Shown here: piece after piece, positions 44,524 through 55,495 of the stretch
Numbering within the stretch: the stretch's first letter is position 1
Layout of the letters: every line of letters starts with the position of its first letter
Source: Escherichia coli
Lineage (GTDB): Bacteria; Pseudomonadota; Gammaproteobacteria; Enterobacterales; Enterobacteriaceae
Assembly: GCF_009931435.1 (NCBI RefSeq)
Contig: NZ_CP043414.1
Reading direction: 5' to 3' (one strand)
DNA: 64,000 nucleotides
Notes under the pieces: generated by a model
What the model was told of the DNA's origin: nothing
Seen by the model: only the letters and a program-made list of their open reading frames with translations
The model's database searches: none
Position numbers and translations under genes: made by a program

Positions 44524-46467
44524 ATGATTAAGTTTAGCGCAACGCTCCTGGCCACGCTGATTGCCGCCAGTGTGAATGCAGCGACGGTCGATCTGCGTAT
44601 CATGGAAACCACTGATTTGCATAGCAACATGATGGATTTCGATTATTACAAAGACACTGCCACGGAAAAATTCGGACTGGTACGTACGGCAAGCCTGATT
44701 AACGATGCCCGCAATGAAGTGAAAAACAGCGTACTGGTCGATAATGGCGATTTGATTCAGGGGAGTCCGCTGGCCGATTACATGTCGGCGAAAGGATTAA
44801 AAGCCGGAGATATTCACCCTGTCTATAAGGCATTGAATACGCTGGACTATACCGTCGGCACACTCGGTAACCACGAGTTTAACTACGGTCTGGATTACCT
44901 GAAAAATGCACTGGCAGGAGCGAAATTCCCTTATGTAAACGCCAACGTCATTGACGCTAAAACCAAACAGCCCATGTTTACACCGTATTTGATTAAAGAC
45001 ACCGAAGTGATCGATAAAGACGGAAAAAAACAGACGCTGAAGATTGGCTATATTGGCGTCGTACCGCCGCAGATTATGGGATGGGATAAAGCTAATTTAT
45101 CTGGCAAAGTCACCGTTAACGATATAACGGAAACTGTGCGCAAGTACGTACCTGAAATGCGCGAGAAAGGTGCCGATCTCGTTGTCGTTTTGGCGCATTC
45201 TGGTCTCTCTGCCGATCCGTATAAAGTGATGGCAGAAAACTCAGTTTATTATCTCAGTGAAATTCCGGGCGTTGACGCCATTATGTTTGGCCATGCTCAC
45301 GCCGTCTTCCCGAGTAAAGATTTTGCGAATATCAAAGGGGCTGATATCGCCAAAGGCACGCTGAACGGCGTTCCGGCGGTAATGCCGGGCATGTGGGGCG
45401 ATCATCTCGGCGTGGTCGATCTGCAACTCAATAATGACAGCGGAAAATGGCAGGTGACGCAGGCGAAAGCGGAAGCACGGCCAATTTACGATATCGCCAA
45501 TAAAAAATCCCTCGCGGCGGAAGACAGCAAGCTGGTAGAAACACTTAAAGCCGATCACAACGCCACACGCCAGTTTGTCAGCAAACCAATCGGTAAATCT
45601 GCCGACAATATGTATAGCTATTTGGCGCTGGTGCAGGACGATCCGACCGTGCAGGTGGTGAATAATGCACAAAAAGCGTATGTCGAACATTACATTCAGG
45701 GCGATCCGGATCTGGCAAAACTGCCGGTGCTTTCAGCTGCCGCACCGTTTAAAGTCGGTGGTCGCAAAAATGATCCGGCAAGCTATGTGGAGGTGGAAAA
45801 AGGTCAGCTGACTTTCCGTAATGCTGCCGATCTTTATCTCTATCCCAATACGCTGATTGTGGTGAAAGCCAGCGGTAAAGAGGTGAAAGAGTGGCTGGAG
45901 TGCTCCGCCGGACAGTTTAACCAGATTGATCCTAACAGCACGAAACCGCAGTCACTCATCAACTGGGATAGTTTCCGCACCTATAACTTTGACGTCATTG
46001 ATGGTGTGAATTATCAGATTGATGTTACTCAGCCCGCCCGCTATGACGGCGAGTGCCAGGTGGTTAATGCCAATGCGGAAAGAATTAAGAACCTGACCTT
46101 TAACGGCAAGCCGATTGATCCGAACGCGATGTTCCTCGTTGCCACCAATAACTATCGCGCTTACGGCGGCAAATTTGCAGGTACGGGCGATAGCCATATC
46201 GCTTTTGCTTCACCGGATGAGAACCGCTCGGTGCTGGCAGCGTGGATTGCAGATGAGTCGAAGCGTGCGGGAGAAATTCACCCGGCGGCAGATAACAACT
46301 GGCGTTTAGCACCGATTCCCGGCGATAAGAAACTGGATATCCGTTTCGAAACCTCTCCGTCAGATAAAGCCGCAGAGTTTATTAAAGAGAAAGGGCAGTA
46401 TCCGATGAATAAAGTCGCGACCGATGATATCGGCTTTGCGATTTATCAGGTGGATTTGAGTAAGTAA
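44524..46467 (+). CDS. cpdB: Periplasmic 2',3'-cyclic-nucleotide 2'-phosphodiesterase/3'-nucleotidase
   Basis: 647 aa from ATG 44524 ([24 protein letters not shown]...); the track ORF is extended upstream. Confidence 0.95.
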   Translation: MIKFSATLLATLIAASVNAATVDLRIMETTDLHSNMMDFDYYKDTATEKFGLVRTASLINDARNEVKNSVLVDNGDLIQGSPLADYMSAKGLKAGDIHPVYKALNTLDYTVGTLGNHEFNYGLDYLKNALAGAKFPYVNANVIDAKTKQPMFTPYLIKDTEVIDKDGKKQTLKIGYIGVVPPQIMGWDKANLSGKVTVNDITETVRKYVPEMREKGADLVVVLAHSGLSADPYKVMAENSVYYLSEIPGVDAIMFGHAHAVFPSKDFANIKGADIAKGTLNGVPAVMPGMWGDHLGVVDLQLNNDSGKWQVTQAKAEARPIYDIANKKSLAAEDSKLVETLKADHNATRQFVSKPIGKSADNMYSYLALVQDDPTVQVVNNAQKAYVEHYIQGDPDLAKLPVLSAAAPFKVGGRKNDPASYVEVEKGQLTFRNAADLYLYPNTLIVVKASGKEVKEWLECSAGQFNQIDPNSTKPQSLINWDSFRTYNFDVIDGVNYQIDVTQPARYDGECQVVNANAERIKNLTFNGKPIDPNAMFLVATNNYRAYGGKFAGTGDSHIAFASPDENRSVLAAWIADESKRAGEIHPAADNNWRLAPIPGDKKLDIRFETSPSDKAAEFIKEKGQYPMNKVATDDIGFAIYQVDLSK

Positions 46468-46492
46468 AACACTTTTCCCGTCTATAAATATG

Positions 46493-46590
46493 AACCGCAT
46501 CCGGCATTTATTGGCGGATGCGGTGCTGCTGCATCTTATCCGCCCTACAGGTCATGAACCGTAGGCCGAATAAGCGCAGCGCATCCGGCT
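46493..46590. repeat. REP cluster between cpdB and ytfH
   Basis: Inverted REP units (ccgcatccggc...gccggatgcgg). Confidence 0.7.
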
Positions 46591-46591
46591 G

Positions 46592-46972
46592 TTATGCCGC
46601 ACGTTCATCCCGCACTGCCAACACCTCGGGCAAATTCAACTCAATCCAGTCCGCCAGTGCAGCAACCTTTTCGCTCACCTGCTCGCCCAGCGGCGTGAGG
46701 CTGTATTCCACATGCGGCGGCACCACCGGATAAGAGATACGGTTAAGAAACCCATCCTGCTCTAACGCCTGTAACGACTGCGCAAGCATCTTTTCACTCA
46801 CCCCACCCATCTTGCGGCGCAGGTCGCTAAAACGGTGCGTACCTTCGCGAAGCGCGACCAGAATCAATACCCCCCAACGGCTGGTGACGTGTTTCAACAC
46901 CTCGCGCGACGGGCACTGTTCGGCGAAGAGGTTACCCTCTTTCAGTTGTTGCGACAGGCTAGCCTGGCTCAT
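46592..46972 (-). CDS. ytfH: HxlR-family transcriptional regulator YtfH
   Basis: 126-aa ORF; divergent from qorB. Confidence 0.9.
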   Translation of the reverse strand: MSQASLSQQLKEGNLFAEQCPSREVLKHVTSRWGVLILVALREGTHRFSDLRRKMGGVSEKMLAQSLQALEQDGFLNRISYPVVPPHVEYSLTPLGEQVSEKVAALADWIELNLPEVLAVRDERAA

Positions 46973-47059
46973 TCATACTTACCTTTTTGTACGTACTTAC
47001 TAAAAGTAAGTTTAGGTGGTAGCGTATTTAAACACAAGACAAACCGATGGAGGCTTCCC

Positions 47060-47920
47060 ATGATCGCAATTACCGGCGCAACCGGCCAACTTGGTCACCA
47101 TGTTATTAACTCCTTACTGAAAACCGTTCCTGCCAGCCAAATAGTGGCTATCGCACGTAACCCGGCAAAAGCGCAGGCATTGAGCGCGCAAGGCATTACT
47201 GTACGTCAGGCTGACTACGGCGATGAAGCCGCACTGACATCTGCGCTTCAGGGAGTGGAAAAACTGCTGCTGATCTCTTCCAGCGAAGTGGGGCAACGTG
47301 CCCCGCAGCATCGAAATGTTATTAATGCCGCTAAGGCGGCGGGCGTGAAATTTATCGCTTATACCAGCCTGCTACATGCTGATACCTCCCCGCTCGGCCT
47401 CGCCGATGAGCACATCGAGACGGAGAAAATGCTGGCTGTTTCTGGCATCGCTTACACCTTGCTGCGCAACGGCTGGTACACCGAAAACTATCTCGCCAGC
47501 GCCCCGGCAGCACTGGAGCACGGCGTATTTATCGGTGCCGCGGGCGATGGCAAAATTGCCTCAGCTACGCGAGCTGATTATGCGGTAGCTGCGGCGCGCG
47601 TAATTAGCGAAGCAGGTCACGAAGGCAAGGTTTATGAACTGGCAGGTGATAGCGCCTGGACACTGACACAATTAGCGGCGGAGCTCACCAAACAGAGCGG
47701 CAAACAGGTTACCTATCAAAACCTAAGCGAAGCTGATTTCGCCGCGGCGCTGAAAAGCGTCGGTCTGCCTGACGGGCTGGCGGATATGCTGGCAGATTCT
47801 GACGTTGGCGCATCGAAAGGCGGCCTGTTTGATGACAGCAAAACGCTTAGCAAATTGATTGGCCGCCCAACGACAACATTAGCCGAGAGCGTAAGCCATC
47901 TTTTTAATGTTAATAACTAG
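47060..47920 (+). CDS. qorB: NAD(P)H:quinone oxidoreductase QorB (YtfG, NmrA-like)
   Basis: 286 aa from ATG 47060 (MIAITGATGQLGHHVINSLL...); the track ORF is extended far upstream. Confidence 0.9.
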   Translation: MIAITGATGQLGHHVINSLLKTVPASQIVAIARNPAKAQALSAQGITVRQADYGDEAALTSALQGVEKLLLISSSEVGQRAPQHRNVINAAKAAGVKFIAYTSLLHADTSPLGLADEHIETEKMLAVSGIAYTLLRNGWYTENYLASAPAALEHGVFIGAAGDGKIASATRADYAVAAARVISEAGHEGKVYELAGDSAWTLTQLAAELTKQSGKQVTYQNLSEADFAAALKSVGLPDGLADMLADSDVGASKGGLFDDSKTLSKLIGRPTTTLAESVSHLFNVNN

Positions 47921-48019
47921 TTAATTAAAGTGGCATCCTCCCGTATCCTCTCTGATAATGACGGGATGCGGGGAACGACTACGGTTGTTCCCTGAATATT
48001 TCTTCTGACAGATCAATGG

Positions 48020-48994
48020 ATGCCAGTAATGATTAGCGGCGTGCTGTACGCCCTGTTAGCAGGGTTGATGTGGGGGCTTATATTTGTCGGGCCGTTGATC
48101 GTGCCGGAATACCCGGCGATGTTGCAGTCGATGGGGCGTTATCTGGCGTTAGGGTTAATTGCGCTGCCCATTGCCTGGCTGGGACGCGTGCGTCTGCGTC
48201 AGTTGGCGCGTCGCGACTGGCTTACCGCCTTGATGCTCACCATGATGGGCAACCTCATCTATTACTTCTGCCTTGCCAGTGCCATTCAACGTACTGGCGC
48301 GCCTGTCTCCACGATGATTATCGGCACCCTGCCGGTGGTGATTCCTGTCTTCGCCAATCTGCTTTATAGCCAGCGTGACGGTAAACTCGCGTGGGGGAAA
48401 CTCGCCCCGGCGCTGGTTTGTATTGGCATCGGCCTGGCATGTGTAAATATTGCTGAGTTAGACCACGGACTCCCCGATTTTGACTGGGCACGTTATACCT
48501 CTGGCATCGTGTTGGCGTTAGTTTCCGTGGTCTGCTGGGCGTGGTATGCCTTGCGCAACGCCCGTTGGCTGCGGGAAAACCCAGACAAACATCCGATGAT
48601 GTGGGCAACGGCGCAGGCGCTGGTCACGCTGCCGGTTTCGCTCATCGGTTATCTTGTCGCCTGTTACTGGCTGAATACGCAAACGCCGGACTTCTCCCTA
48701 CCTTTTGGCCCCCGTCCGCTGGTGTTTATTAGTCTGATGATTGCGATAGCCGTGCTTTGCTCATGGGTTGGCGCACTCTGCTGGAACGTCGCCAGCCAGC
48801 GATTACCGACGGTTATCCTCGGACCGTTGATTGTTTTCGAAACGCTGGCAGGTTTGCTGTACACCTTTTTACTCCGCCAGCAAATGCCGCCGCTAATGAC
48901 GCTGAGCGGTATCGCGCTGTTAGTGATTGGCGTGGTCATTGCGGTCAGAGCCAAACCGGAAAAACCCTTAACTGAATCTGTCTCAGAAAGTTGA
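48020..48994 (+). CDS. ytfF: Inner membrane DMT/EamA-family transporter YtfF
   Basis: 324-aa polytopic membrane protein. Confidence 0.85.
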   Translation: MPVMISGVLYALLAGLMWGLIFVGPLIVPEYPAMLQSMGRYLALGLIALPIAWLGRVRLRQLARRDWLTALMLTMMGNLIYYFCLASAIQRTGAPVSTMIIGTLPVVIPVFANLLYSQRDGKLAWGKLAPALVCIGIGLACVNIAELDHGLPDFDWARYTSGIVLALVSVVCWAWYALRNARWLRENPDKHPMMWATAQALVTLPVSLIGYLVACYWLNTQTPDFSLPFGPRPLVFISLMIAIAVLCSWVGALCWNVASQRLPTVILGPLIVFETLAGLLYTFLLRQQMPPLMTLSGIALLVIGVVIAVRAKPEKPLTESVSES

Positions 48995-49101
48995 CACGAT
49001 GGCAGTGAGTTAAATAAGCCTCTGCTACGTAAGGGTTATAGCATTTGTCTTAAAGATGCATTTAAAATACATCTTATATTATTAAGAATGAGGTATCAGC
49101 T

Positions 49102-49764
49102 ATGGCTTATCGCGACCAACCTTTAGGTGAACTGGCGCTCTCTATTCCTCGCGCTTCGGCTCTGTTTCGTAAATATGATATGGATTACTGCTGCGGCGGT
49201 AAGCAAACGCTGGCGCGTGCGGCGGCACGTAAAGAACTGGATGTTGACGTCATTGAAGCCGAACTGGCAAAGCTTGCTGAACAACCGATTGAGAAAGACT
49301 GGCGTAGCGTCCCACTGGCGGAAATCATCGACCATATCATCGTGCGTTACCACGATCGTCACCGCGAGCAGTTGCCGGAGCTGATCCTGCAAGCTACCAA
49401 AGTCGAGCGCGTTCACGCCGACAAACCGAGCGTGCCAAAAGGGCTGACAAAATACCTGACTATGCTGCATGAAGAGCTTTCCAGCCACATGATGAAAGAA
49501 GAGCAGATCCTCTTCCCGATGATCAAACAAGGCATGGGTAGCCAGGCGATGGGGCCAATTAGCGTAATGGAAAGCGAGCACGATGAAGCGGGTGAACTGC
49601 TGGAAGTAATCAAACACACTACCAATAACGTCACACCGCCGCCGGAAGCCTGCACCACCTGGAAAGCGATGTATAACGGTATTAATGAACTGATTGATGA
49701 CCTGATGGAGCACATCAGTCTGGAAAACAATGTACTGTTCCCACGCGCGCTGGCGGGTGAGTGA
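49102..49764 (+). CDS. ytfE: Iron-sulfur cluster repair di-iron protein (RIC)
   Basis: 220 aa, [33 protein letters not shown]... Confidence 0.95.
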   Translation: MAYRDQPLGELALSIPRASALFRKYDMDYCCGGKQTLARAAARKELDVDVIEAELAKLAEQPIEKDWRSVPLAEIIDHIIVRYHDRHREQLPELILQATKVERVHADKPSVPKGLTKYLTMLHEELSSHMMKEEQILFPMIKQGMGSQAMGPISVMESEHDEAGELLEVIKHTTNNVTPPPEACTTWKAMYNGINELIDDLMEHISLENNVLFPRALAGE

Positions 49765-49808
49765 TCTAAAAGCTGGATGGCATTGCGCCATCCAGCATGA
49801 TAAAGCCG

Positions 49809-51221
49809 TTACTTCCGCAGTTCAGCAGTCCGCTTCTTACCAATAAACAACCAGCCCAACCCCAGCGCGATAAACCACAGCGGGGTAACCAGCAGCGCCT
49901 GGCGAGTGTCATCTTCCAGTGTCAGCAACACGACCACGAACACAAAGAACGCCATACATACCCAGCACATCAGCTTGCCGAGCGGCATCTTGTAGATAGA
50001 CTTCTCATGCAGGTGCGGACGCTGTTTGCGATACACCAGGTATGAGCAAAGGATAATCGTCCAGACGAACATAAACAGAATCGCGGAAACAGTCGTGATC
50101 ATCGTGAACGCGCCAATTACACTTGGATTCACATACAACATCACCACGCCGCCGAGCAGACAGATACAAGAGAAGGTCAGCCCTTTCGCGGGCACGGCGC
50201 GCTTAGAAAGTTTAGCGAACGCTTTCGGTGCCACACCTTCCTGGGCCAGACCAAACAGCATACGGCTGGTAGAGAAGACGCCGCTGTTAGCGGAAGACGC
50301 CGCAGAGGTCAGCACCACAAAGTTGATTACGCTGGCAGCCGCAGGCAAACCCACCAATACAAAAAGTTCAACGAACGGGCTTTTCTCCGGGACTACTGAA
50401 CTCCACGGCGTCACGGACATAATCACAATCAGCGCGAAGACGTAGAACATAATGATACGGATCGGAATGGAGTTAATCGCACGTGGCAGTGATTTCTCCG
50501 GATCTTTCGTTTCCGCAGCGGTTGTACCGACCAGCTCAATCCCCACGAAAGCGAAAACCGCTATCTGGAATCCGGCAAAGAAGCCACTTAAACCTTTCGG
50601 GAACCAGCCGCCGTCATTCCACAAATGCGCGAATGACGCTTCCACACCGGTCGGTGACTGAAAGTGCATCGCCACCATGACCAGGCCGACGACAATCAGT
50701 GACACGATGGCGACAATTTTGATCATCGCAAACCAGAACTCCATCTCACCGAACATTTTCACGGTGGCGAGGTTAAGCGTCAGCAGCAGCACTATCACCG
50801 CCAGCGAGGCGACCCAGTCGGAGAGATCGGGGAACCAGAACTGAGCATAGGCAGTGATGGCCACCACGTCCGCCATACCGGTAACCACCCAGCAGAACCA
50901 GTAGGTCCAGCCAGTGAAATATCCCGCCCATGGCCCCAGTAAATCGGAAGCGAAGTCACTAAAAGATTTGTATTCCAGATTCGAAAGCAGCAATTCCCCC
51001 ATTGCCCGCATCACGAAAAAGAGCATAAAACCGATGATCATATAAACGAAGATGATCGACGGTCCGGCAAGGCTGATTGTTTTACCGGACCCCATAAACA
51101 ACCCCGTACCAATGGCCCCACCAATGGCAATAAGCTGAATATGTCGGTTTGTGAGATTGCGCCGTAGCGACTGTTCAGCCGGAGCCTGATCATCGGCAAC
51201 GACTTTTACCTGATCTACCAT
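49809..51221 (-). CDS. cycA: D-serine/D-alanine/glycine:H+ symporter (APC family)
   Basis: 470 aa, MVDQVKVVADDQAPAEQSLRRNLTNRHIQLIAIGGAIGTGLFMGSG... Confidence 0.97.
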   Translation of the reverse strand: MVDQVKVVADDQAPAEQSLRRNLTNRHIQLIAIGGAIGTGLFMGSGKTISLAGPSIIFVYMIIGFMLFFVMRAMGELLLSNLEYKSFSDFASDLLGPWAGYFTGWTYWFCWVVTGMADVVAITAYAQFWFPDLSDWVASLAVIVLLLTLNLATVKMFGEMEFWFAMIKIVAIVSLIVVGLVMVAMHFQSPTGVEASFAHLWNDGGWFPKGLSGFFAGFQIAVFAFVGIELVGTTAAETKDPEKSLPRAINSIPIRIIMFYVFALIVIMSVTPWSSVVPEKSPFVELFVLVGLPAAASVINFVVLTSAASSANSGVFSTSRMLFGLAQEGVAPKAFAKLSKRAVPAKGLTFSCICLLGGVVMLYVNPSVIGAFTMITTVSAILFMFVWTIILCSYLVYRKQRPHLHEKSIYKMPLGKLMCWVCMAFFVFVVVLLTLEDDTRQALLVTPLWFIALGLGWLFIGKKRTAELRK

Positions 51222-51529
51222 GTTTTTTTCTTCCTGTACCTGTCTGTGTTGTTCAGGCTCTGCGGCCTTTAGTCAGTCTATGATACGACGAATCTGTATC
51301 GGGACTCATCGATATTAGGTAACAATACGCGGGATGAATACTAAGATTTAGATCTAATGTTAATTTTATGTTTAAAGTGAGTGTCATATCACGGTGATAA
51401 CGCGAAACAGCTCACAAAAATACACGCTTACGTGGTCTTTGCAACACAAAATAGCGCCATTTGGCAAACTGAAGGGTTTATTGCTGAATGCCTGCTCCCC
51501 TCTGGCTCGAGGGGAACAGAATGCGCTGC

Positions 51530-52150
51530 TTAGAGGATTTCCAGCAGTTCGACTTCAAACACCAGGGTGCTGAACGGAGGGATGGACGCGCCTGCGCCAC
51601 GCTCGCCATAGGCCAGTTCCTGCGGGATAGTCAGTTCCCATTTAGAACCTACCGGCATCAGAGTCAGTGCTTCAATCCAGCCAGGGATCACGCCGTTAAC
51701 CGGGAATTCAGCTGGCTCGCCACGGGCAACAGAGCTGTCAAACACAGTGCCGTCGATCAGTTTACCGGTGTAATGAACACGAACGCGGTCAGTGCGTGCC
51801 GGAATTGCGCCTTCCCCCTGATTGATCACGCGGAATTGCAGGCCAGATTCGGTGCTATTCACACCTTCTTTTTTGGCGTTTTCTTCCAGGTATTTCACAC
51901 CTTCAGCAGCCATCGCCTGGAAACGCTGACGACGAACGGCATCGGCGCGTTCGTGGATTTCACGCAGCGCGCGGTGCACCACATCAACCGGAACAGCCGG
52001 ATGTTTGCCTTCCAGCGCATCGGCAATGCCTGCAACCAGGGCTTCTGGCAGCAGCCCTTCCAGGCCTGATTCACTCAGTTGTTGCCCTACCTGCAAACCA
52101 ATGCCGTAGCTTGCTTGCGCTTCGATGGTGTCAAAAGTTGGGGTGGTCAT
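51530..52150 (-). CDS. fklB: FKBP-type peptidyl-prolyl cis-trans isomerase
   Basis: 206 aa from ATG 52150 ([20 protein letters not shown]...); the track ORF is extended upstream. Confidence 0.95.
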
Positions 52151-52367
52151 CGTATTTCCTTTCTTAGGGTATAAAGTAGCGGGCAGCATATCAGCCACAC
52201 TTCTTTGGGTAAAACTTTGTCGCGGGAATGATGACAAATCCCGGGGAAAAAGAAACAATAGCAATATCCCGTATGAATATAATAAAGGCGGGTTTACCAC
52301 GGACATCATAGCGTTAGCTTATTCATAGGCTATGATTGAGGAACAAGACGCGGAGCAGGAGGAAACC

Positions 52368-53006
52368 ATGCCCGGGCGCTTTGAACTAAAACCAACCCTG
52401 GAGAAAGTCTGGCACGCGCCGGACAATTTTCGCTTCATGGACCCGCTACCGCCGATGCATCGTCGGGGGATCATTATTGCCGCTATTGTATTGGTGGTCG
52501 GATTTCTACTCCCGTCGGATGATACGCCAAACGCGCCGGTGGTGACGCGTGAAGCACAGTTAGATATTCAGTCGCAATCACAACCGCCGACAGAAGAACA
52601 GCTGCGGGCGCAATTAGTCACACCACAAAATGATCCTGATCAGGTGGCTCCGGTCGCTCCAGAACCGATACAGGAAGGCCAACCGGAAGAGCAGCCGCAA
52701 ACCTCGCAAGTGCAACCTTTCCAGCCAGATAGCGGAATTGACAATCAATGGAGCTCTTATCGTGTCGAACCCGGTAAAACAATGGCGCAGCTGTTCCGCG
52801 ACCACGGACTGCCCGCTACCGATGTCTATGCAATGGCGCAGGTAGAAGGCGCGGATAAGCCACTGAGTAATTTGCAAAATGGGCAGATGGTGAAAATCCG
52901 CCAGAACGCCAGCGGCGTGGTGACGGGCTTAACCATTGATACGGGAAATAATCAACAGGTCCTGTTTACCCGCCAGCCGGATGGCAGTTTTATTCGCGCG
53001 CGGTAG
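52368..53006 (+). CDS. ytfB: Cell-division protein YtfB (OapA domain)
   Basis: 212 aa from ATG 52368 ([16 protein letters not shown]...), SD aggagg. Confidence 0.85.
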   Translation: MPGRFELKPTLEKVWHAPDNFRFMDPLPPMHRRGIIIAAIVLVVGFLLPSDDTPNAPVVTREAQLDIQSQSQPPTEEQLRAQLVTPQNDPDQVAPVAPEPIQEGQPEEQPQTSQVQPFQPDSGIDNQWSSYRVEPGKTMAQLFRDHGLPATDVYAMAQVEGADKPLSNLQNGQMVKIRQNASGVVTGLTIDTGNNQQVLFTRQPDGSFIRAR

Positions 53007-53637
53007 ATGAAGGGTCAACCAGAAGCCAGCTAAGGATCGTCTCTTTGATGACCTTACGCCTGGCTTCCAGTGCCTGCGGTGAAACCATACTGATGTGATA
53101 AACCAGGCCAAGCGTATGTTGGTTGATCAAATAATATCCTCCAAGAGCAGCAATATTAATATTCACCTGCAACGGGTCGATATCTGGCTTAAAAATATTG
53201 CGCCGTTTGCCTTCAGCTAATAATGACTCCATTAACTGTAAGTGTGCGTGGTTAATTTCTAAAAGGCGCTGTGATTTTGCATAATGCACCCCTTTACTCT
53301 GGTTTTCACTATGCACAATTTTTAAAAACCAGGGGTTAGCAATGTAATAATCCCAGGTGAAATCGATAATTTTCTCAATGGCTTTTTGTGGCGGAAGACC
53401 TGAGAAATCAAGGGATTTTTCTTTTTGCCGAATATCATTCCAGGTATATTCCAGCACTTCGATAAATAAATTTTCTTTATTACCAAAGTGATGATAAACC
53501 GTCTGTTTACTACACTCCGCGGCCTTGACGATATTATCGACTCTGGCCCCTTCGTAACCATATTCGGCAAATTCATTAACCGCACATAACAACAGCTTTT
53601 CCTTCAGGCTTTGTACGTTGCTGGTATCAAGATACAT
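52990..53637 (-). CDS. TetR/AcrR-family transcriptional regulator (probable full-length counterpart of K-12 ytfA)
   Basis: HTH ...[28 protein letters not shown]...; likely start ATG 53637 (MYLDTSNVQ..., 215 aa), the track ORF starting at 53697; divergent from the SDR operon, convergent with and overlapping ytfB. Confidence 0.8.
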   Translation of the reverse strand: MYLDTSNVQSLKEKLLLCAVNEFAEYGYEGARVDNIVKAAECSKQTVYHHFGNKENLFIEVLEYTWNDIRQKEKSLDFSGLPPQKAIEKIIDFTWDYYIANPWFLKIVHSENQSKGVHYAKSQRLLEINHAHLQLMESLLAEGKRRNIFKPDIDPLQVNINIAALGGYYLINQHTLGLVYHISMVSPQALEARRKVIKETILSWLLVDPSSTARE

Positions 53638-53759
53638 TCCGCTTCCCCACGTCTTCTTCGTGATGACTATCTTAACCCGATTTGTTAGAAGCTCCACTAA
53701 AATGGCTAAAAACTCGCAATTTCATCGGGTTATCAAATGCTCTGTGATCATTATCGCAT

Positions 53760-53781
53760 ATCAACCAACTAGATGGTTGAT
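53760..53781. promoter_or_regulatory. Perfect palindrome in the divergent TetR/SDR intergenic region (candidate TetR operator)
   Basis: atcaacca-actaga-tggttgat, 8-bp perfect arms, about 70 bp upstream of the SDR start. Confidence 0.5.
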
Positions 53782-53848
53782 CTTTCTTGCCACACATTGC
53801 AAGCTAATCGTCACTTAAGGAAATAATATTCAAAAAGAGGGTTATCGT

Positions 53849-54640
53849 ATGAAGTCAACACGTCCTGTTGCTGTCATCACTGGAGCCGCACGTGGTATTG
53901 GAAAGGGCTGTGCACTGGAACTTGCGCGTGGCGGATTTAATCTGCTGATTAATGATCGTCCGGATGCCGACAGCGTAGAAAAATTACATGCCACACAACA
54001 AGAATGTCTGGCGGAAGGCGTGGAAGTGATTTGCTTCCCTGCTGATGTTGGCGATCTCTCCCTTCATGAAGAGATGCTCGACGCGGCGCAAAACCAGTGG
54101 GGACGTCTGGACTGTCTACTCAACAACGCAGGCATTTCAGTGAAAAAACGCGGTGACCTCCTCGACCTCGAACCAGACAGCTTCGACCAAAACATTGCCA
54201 TTAACACCCGTGCGCCGTTCTTCCTTGCTCAGGCATTCAGTAAGCGATTACTGGCACAGCCGAAACCGGAAGCAGAACTGCCGCACCGCTCGATTATTTT
54301 TGTCAGTTCCATAAACGCCATCATGCTGGCGATGAATCGCGGCGAATATACCATTGCCAAAACTGCCGTCTCCGCCGCAGCTCGCCTGTTTGCCGCTCGC
54401 CTTTGCAATGAACAAATTGGCGTTTATGAAGTGCGCCCTGGTCTCATCAAAACCGATATGACCATTCCGGCAACGGCTTATTACGACGAACTGATTGCTA
54501 AGGGGTTAGTGCCGTGGGGACGTTGGGGTTATCCGGCTGATATTGCTTCCACTGTCCGCGCGATGGCGGAAGGCAAACTGATTTACACCTGCGGTCAGGC
54601 GGTCGCCATCGACGGCGGCTTAAGTATGCCGCGCTTCTGA
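53849..54640 (+). CDS. Short-chain dehydrogenase/reductase (SDR)
   Basis: 263 aa with TGAARGIG cofactor motif and YxxxK catalytic motif. Confidence 0.85.
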   Translation: MKSTRPVAVITGAARGIGKGCALELARGGFNLLINDRPDADSVEKLHATQQECLAEGVEVICFPADVGDLSLHEEMLDAAQNQWGRLDCLLNNAGISVKKRGDLLDLEPDSFDQNIAINTRAPFFLAQAFSKRLLAQPKPEAELPHRSIIFVSSINAIMLAMNRGEYTIAKTAVSAAARLFAARLCNEQIGVYEVRPGLIKTDMTIPATAYYDELIAKGLVPWGRWGYPADIASTVRAMAEGKLIYTCGQAVAIDGGLSMPRF

Positions 54641-54649
54641 GGCTGAATC

Positions 54650-55492
54650 ATGAGAGATCTGTTACAACGCCCGGATTTATTCAGTATCAATACTGCGACA
54701 CTGGGCTATAAAACACCGCTACCTGCCATTATTGATGCCTGCGCCGCACGCGGTATTGGCGCGATTGCCCCCTGGCGCAGGGAGTTACAGGGTGAAGATC
54801 TCCAACAAATCGCCCGCCAGCTTGCTGCCAGTAACATGAGCGTTTCCGGTTTGTGCCGTAGCACCTATTACACCGCGCCGACGCTGACGGAACGCAAACT
54901 GGCGATTGATGATAACCGCCGGGCGCTGGACGACGCCGCTGTACTGAACGCCGCCTGTTATATGCAGGTGGTTGGCGGTCTGCCAATGGGAACAAAAGAT
55001 CTGTACGAAGCGCGGGAACAAGTGAAACAAGGGATTCGCCAGTTGCTGCCACATTCGAAAGATGTCGGCGTACCAATTGCGCTGGAGCCGCTGCACCCGA
55101 TGACCGCCGCCGATCGCTCTTGCCTGTGCACGTTACGTCAGGCGCTGGACTGGTGTGATGAACTCGATCCCGATGGTGAATTTGGCCTCGGCGTGGCGGT
55201 AGATGTCTACCACGTTTGGTGGGACCCGGATCTCGCCAGTCAGATCCTGCGTGCCGGAAAGCGCATCCTCGCGTTTCATGTTTCCGACTGGCTGGTGCCA
55301 ACCACCGATTTAGTCAATGACCGGGGAATGCCGGGAGATGGCGTAATCAATATTCCGTCTATTCGTCGCCAGGTAGAAAATGCCGGATTTAACGGTGCTG
55401 TGGAACTGGAAATATTCTCGCCGTACTGGTGGCAAAAAGATATTAACAGCACGCTGGATATTAGCGTCGATCGCATCGCGCATTATTGCTAA
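54650..55492 (+). CDS. Sugar-phosphate isomerase/epimerase-like TIM-barrel protein (xylose-isomerase-like fold)
   Basis: 280-aa ORF 9 nt after the SDR stop; family assignment by overall resemblance only. Confidence 0.6.
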   Translation: MRDLLQRPDLFSINTATLGYKTPLPAIIDACAARGIGAIAPWRRELQGEDLQQIARQLAASNMSVSGLCRSTYYTAPTLTERKLAIDDNRRALDDAAVLNAACYMQVVGGLPMGTKDLYEAREQVKQGIRQLLPHSKDVGVPIALEPLHPMTAADRSCLCTLRQALDWCDELDPDGEFGLGVAVDVYHVWWDPDLASQILRAGKRILAFHVSDWLVPTTDLVNDRGMPGDGVINIPSIRRQVENAGFNGAVELEIFSPYWWQKDINSTLDISVDRIAHYC

Positions 55493-55495
55493 GGA

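Noticed and set aside
52990-53697. Longer 235-aa version of the TetR regulator (track start at 53697)
   Set aside because: The N-terminal 20 residues precede the HTH and lack an RBS; the ATG at 53637 with an upstream ggaag gives a typical 215-aa TetR protein.
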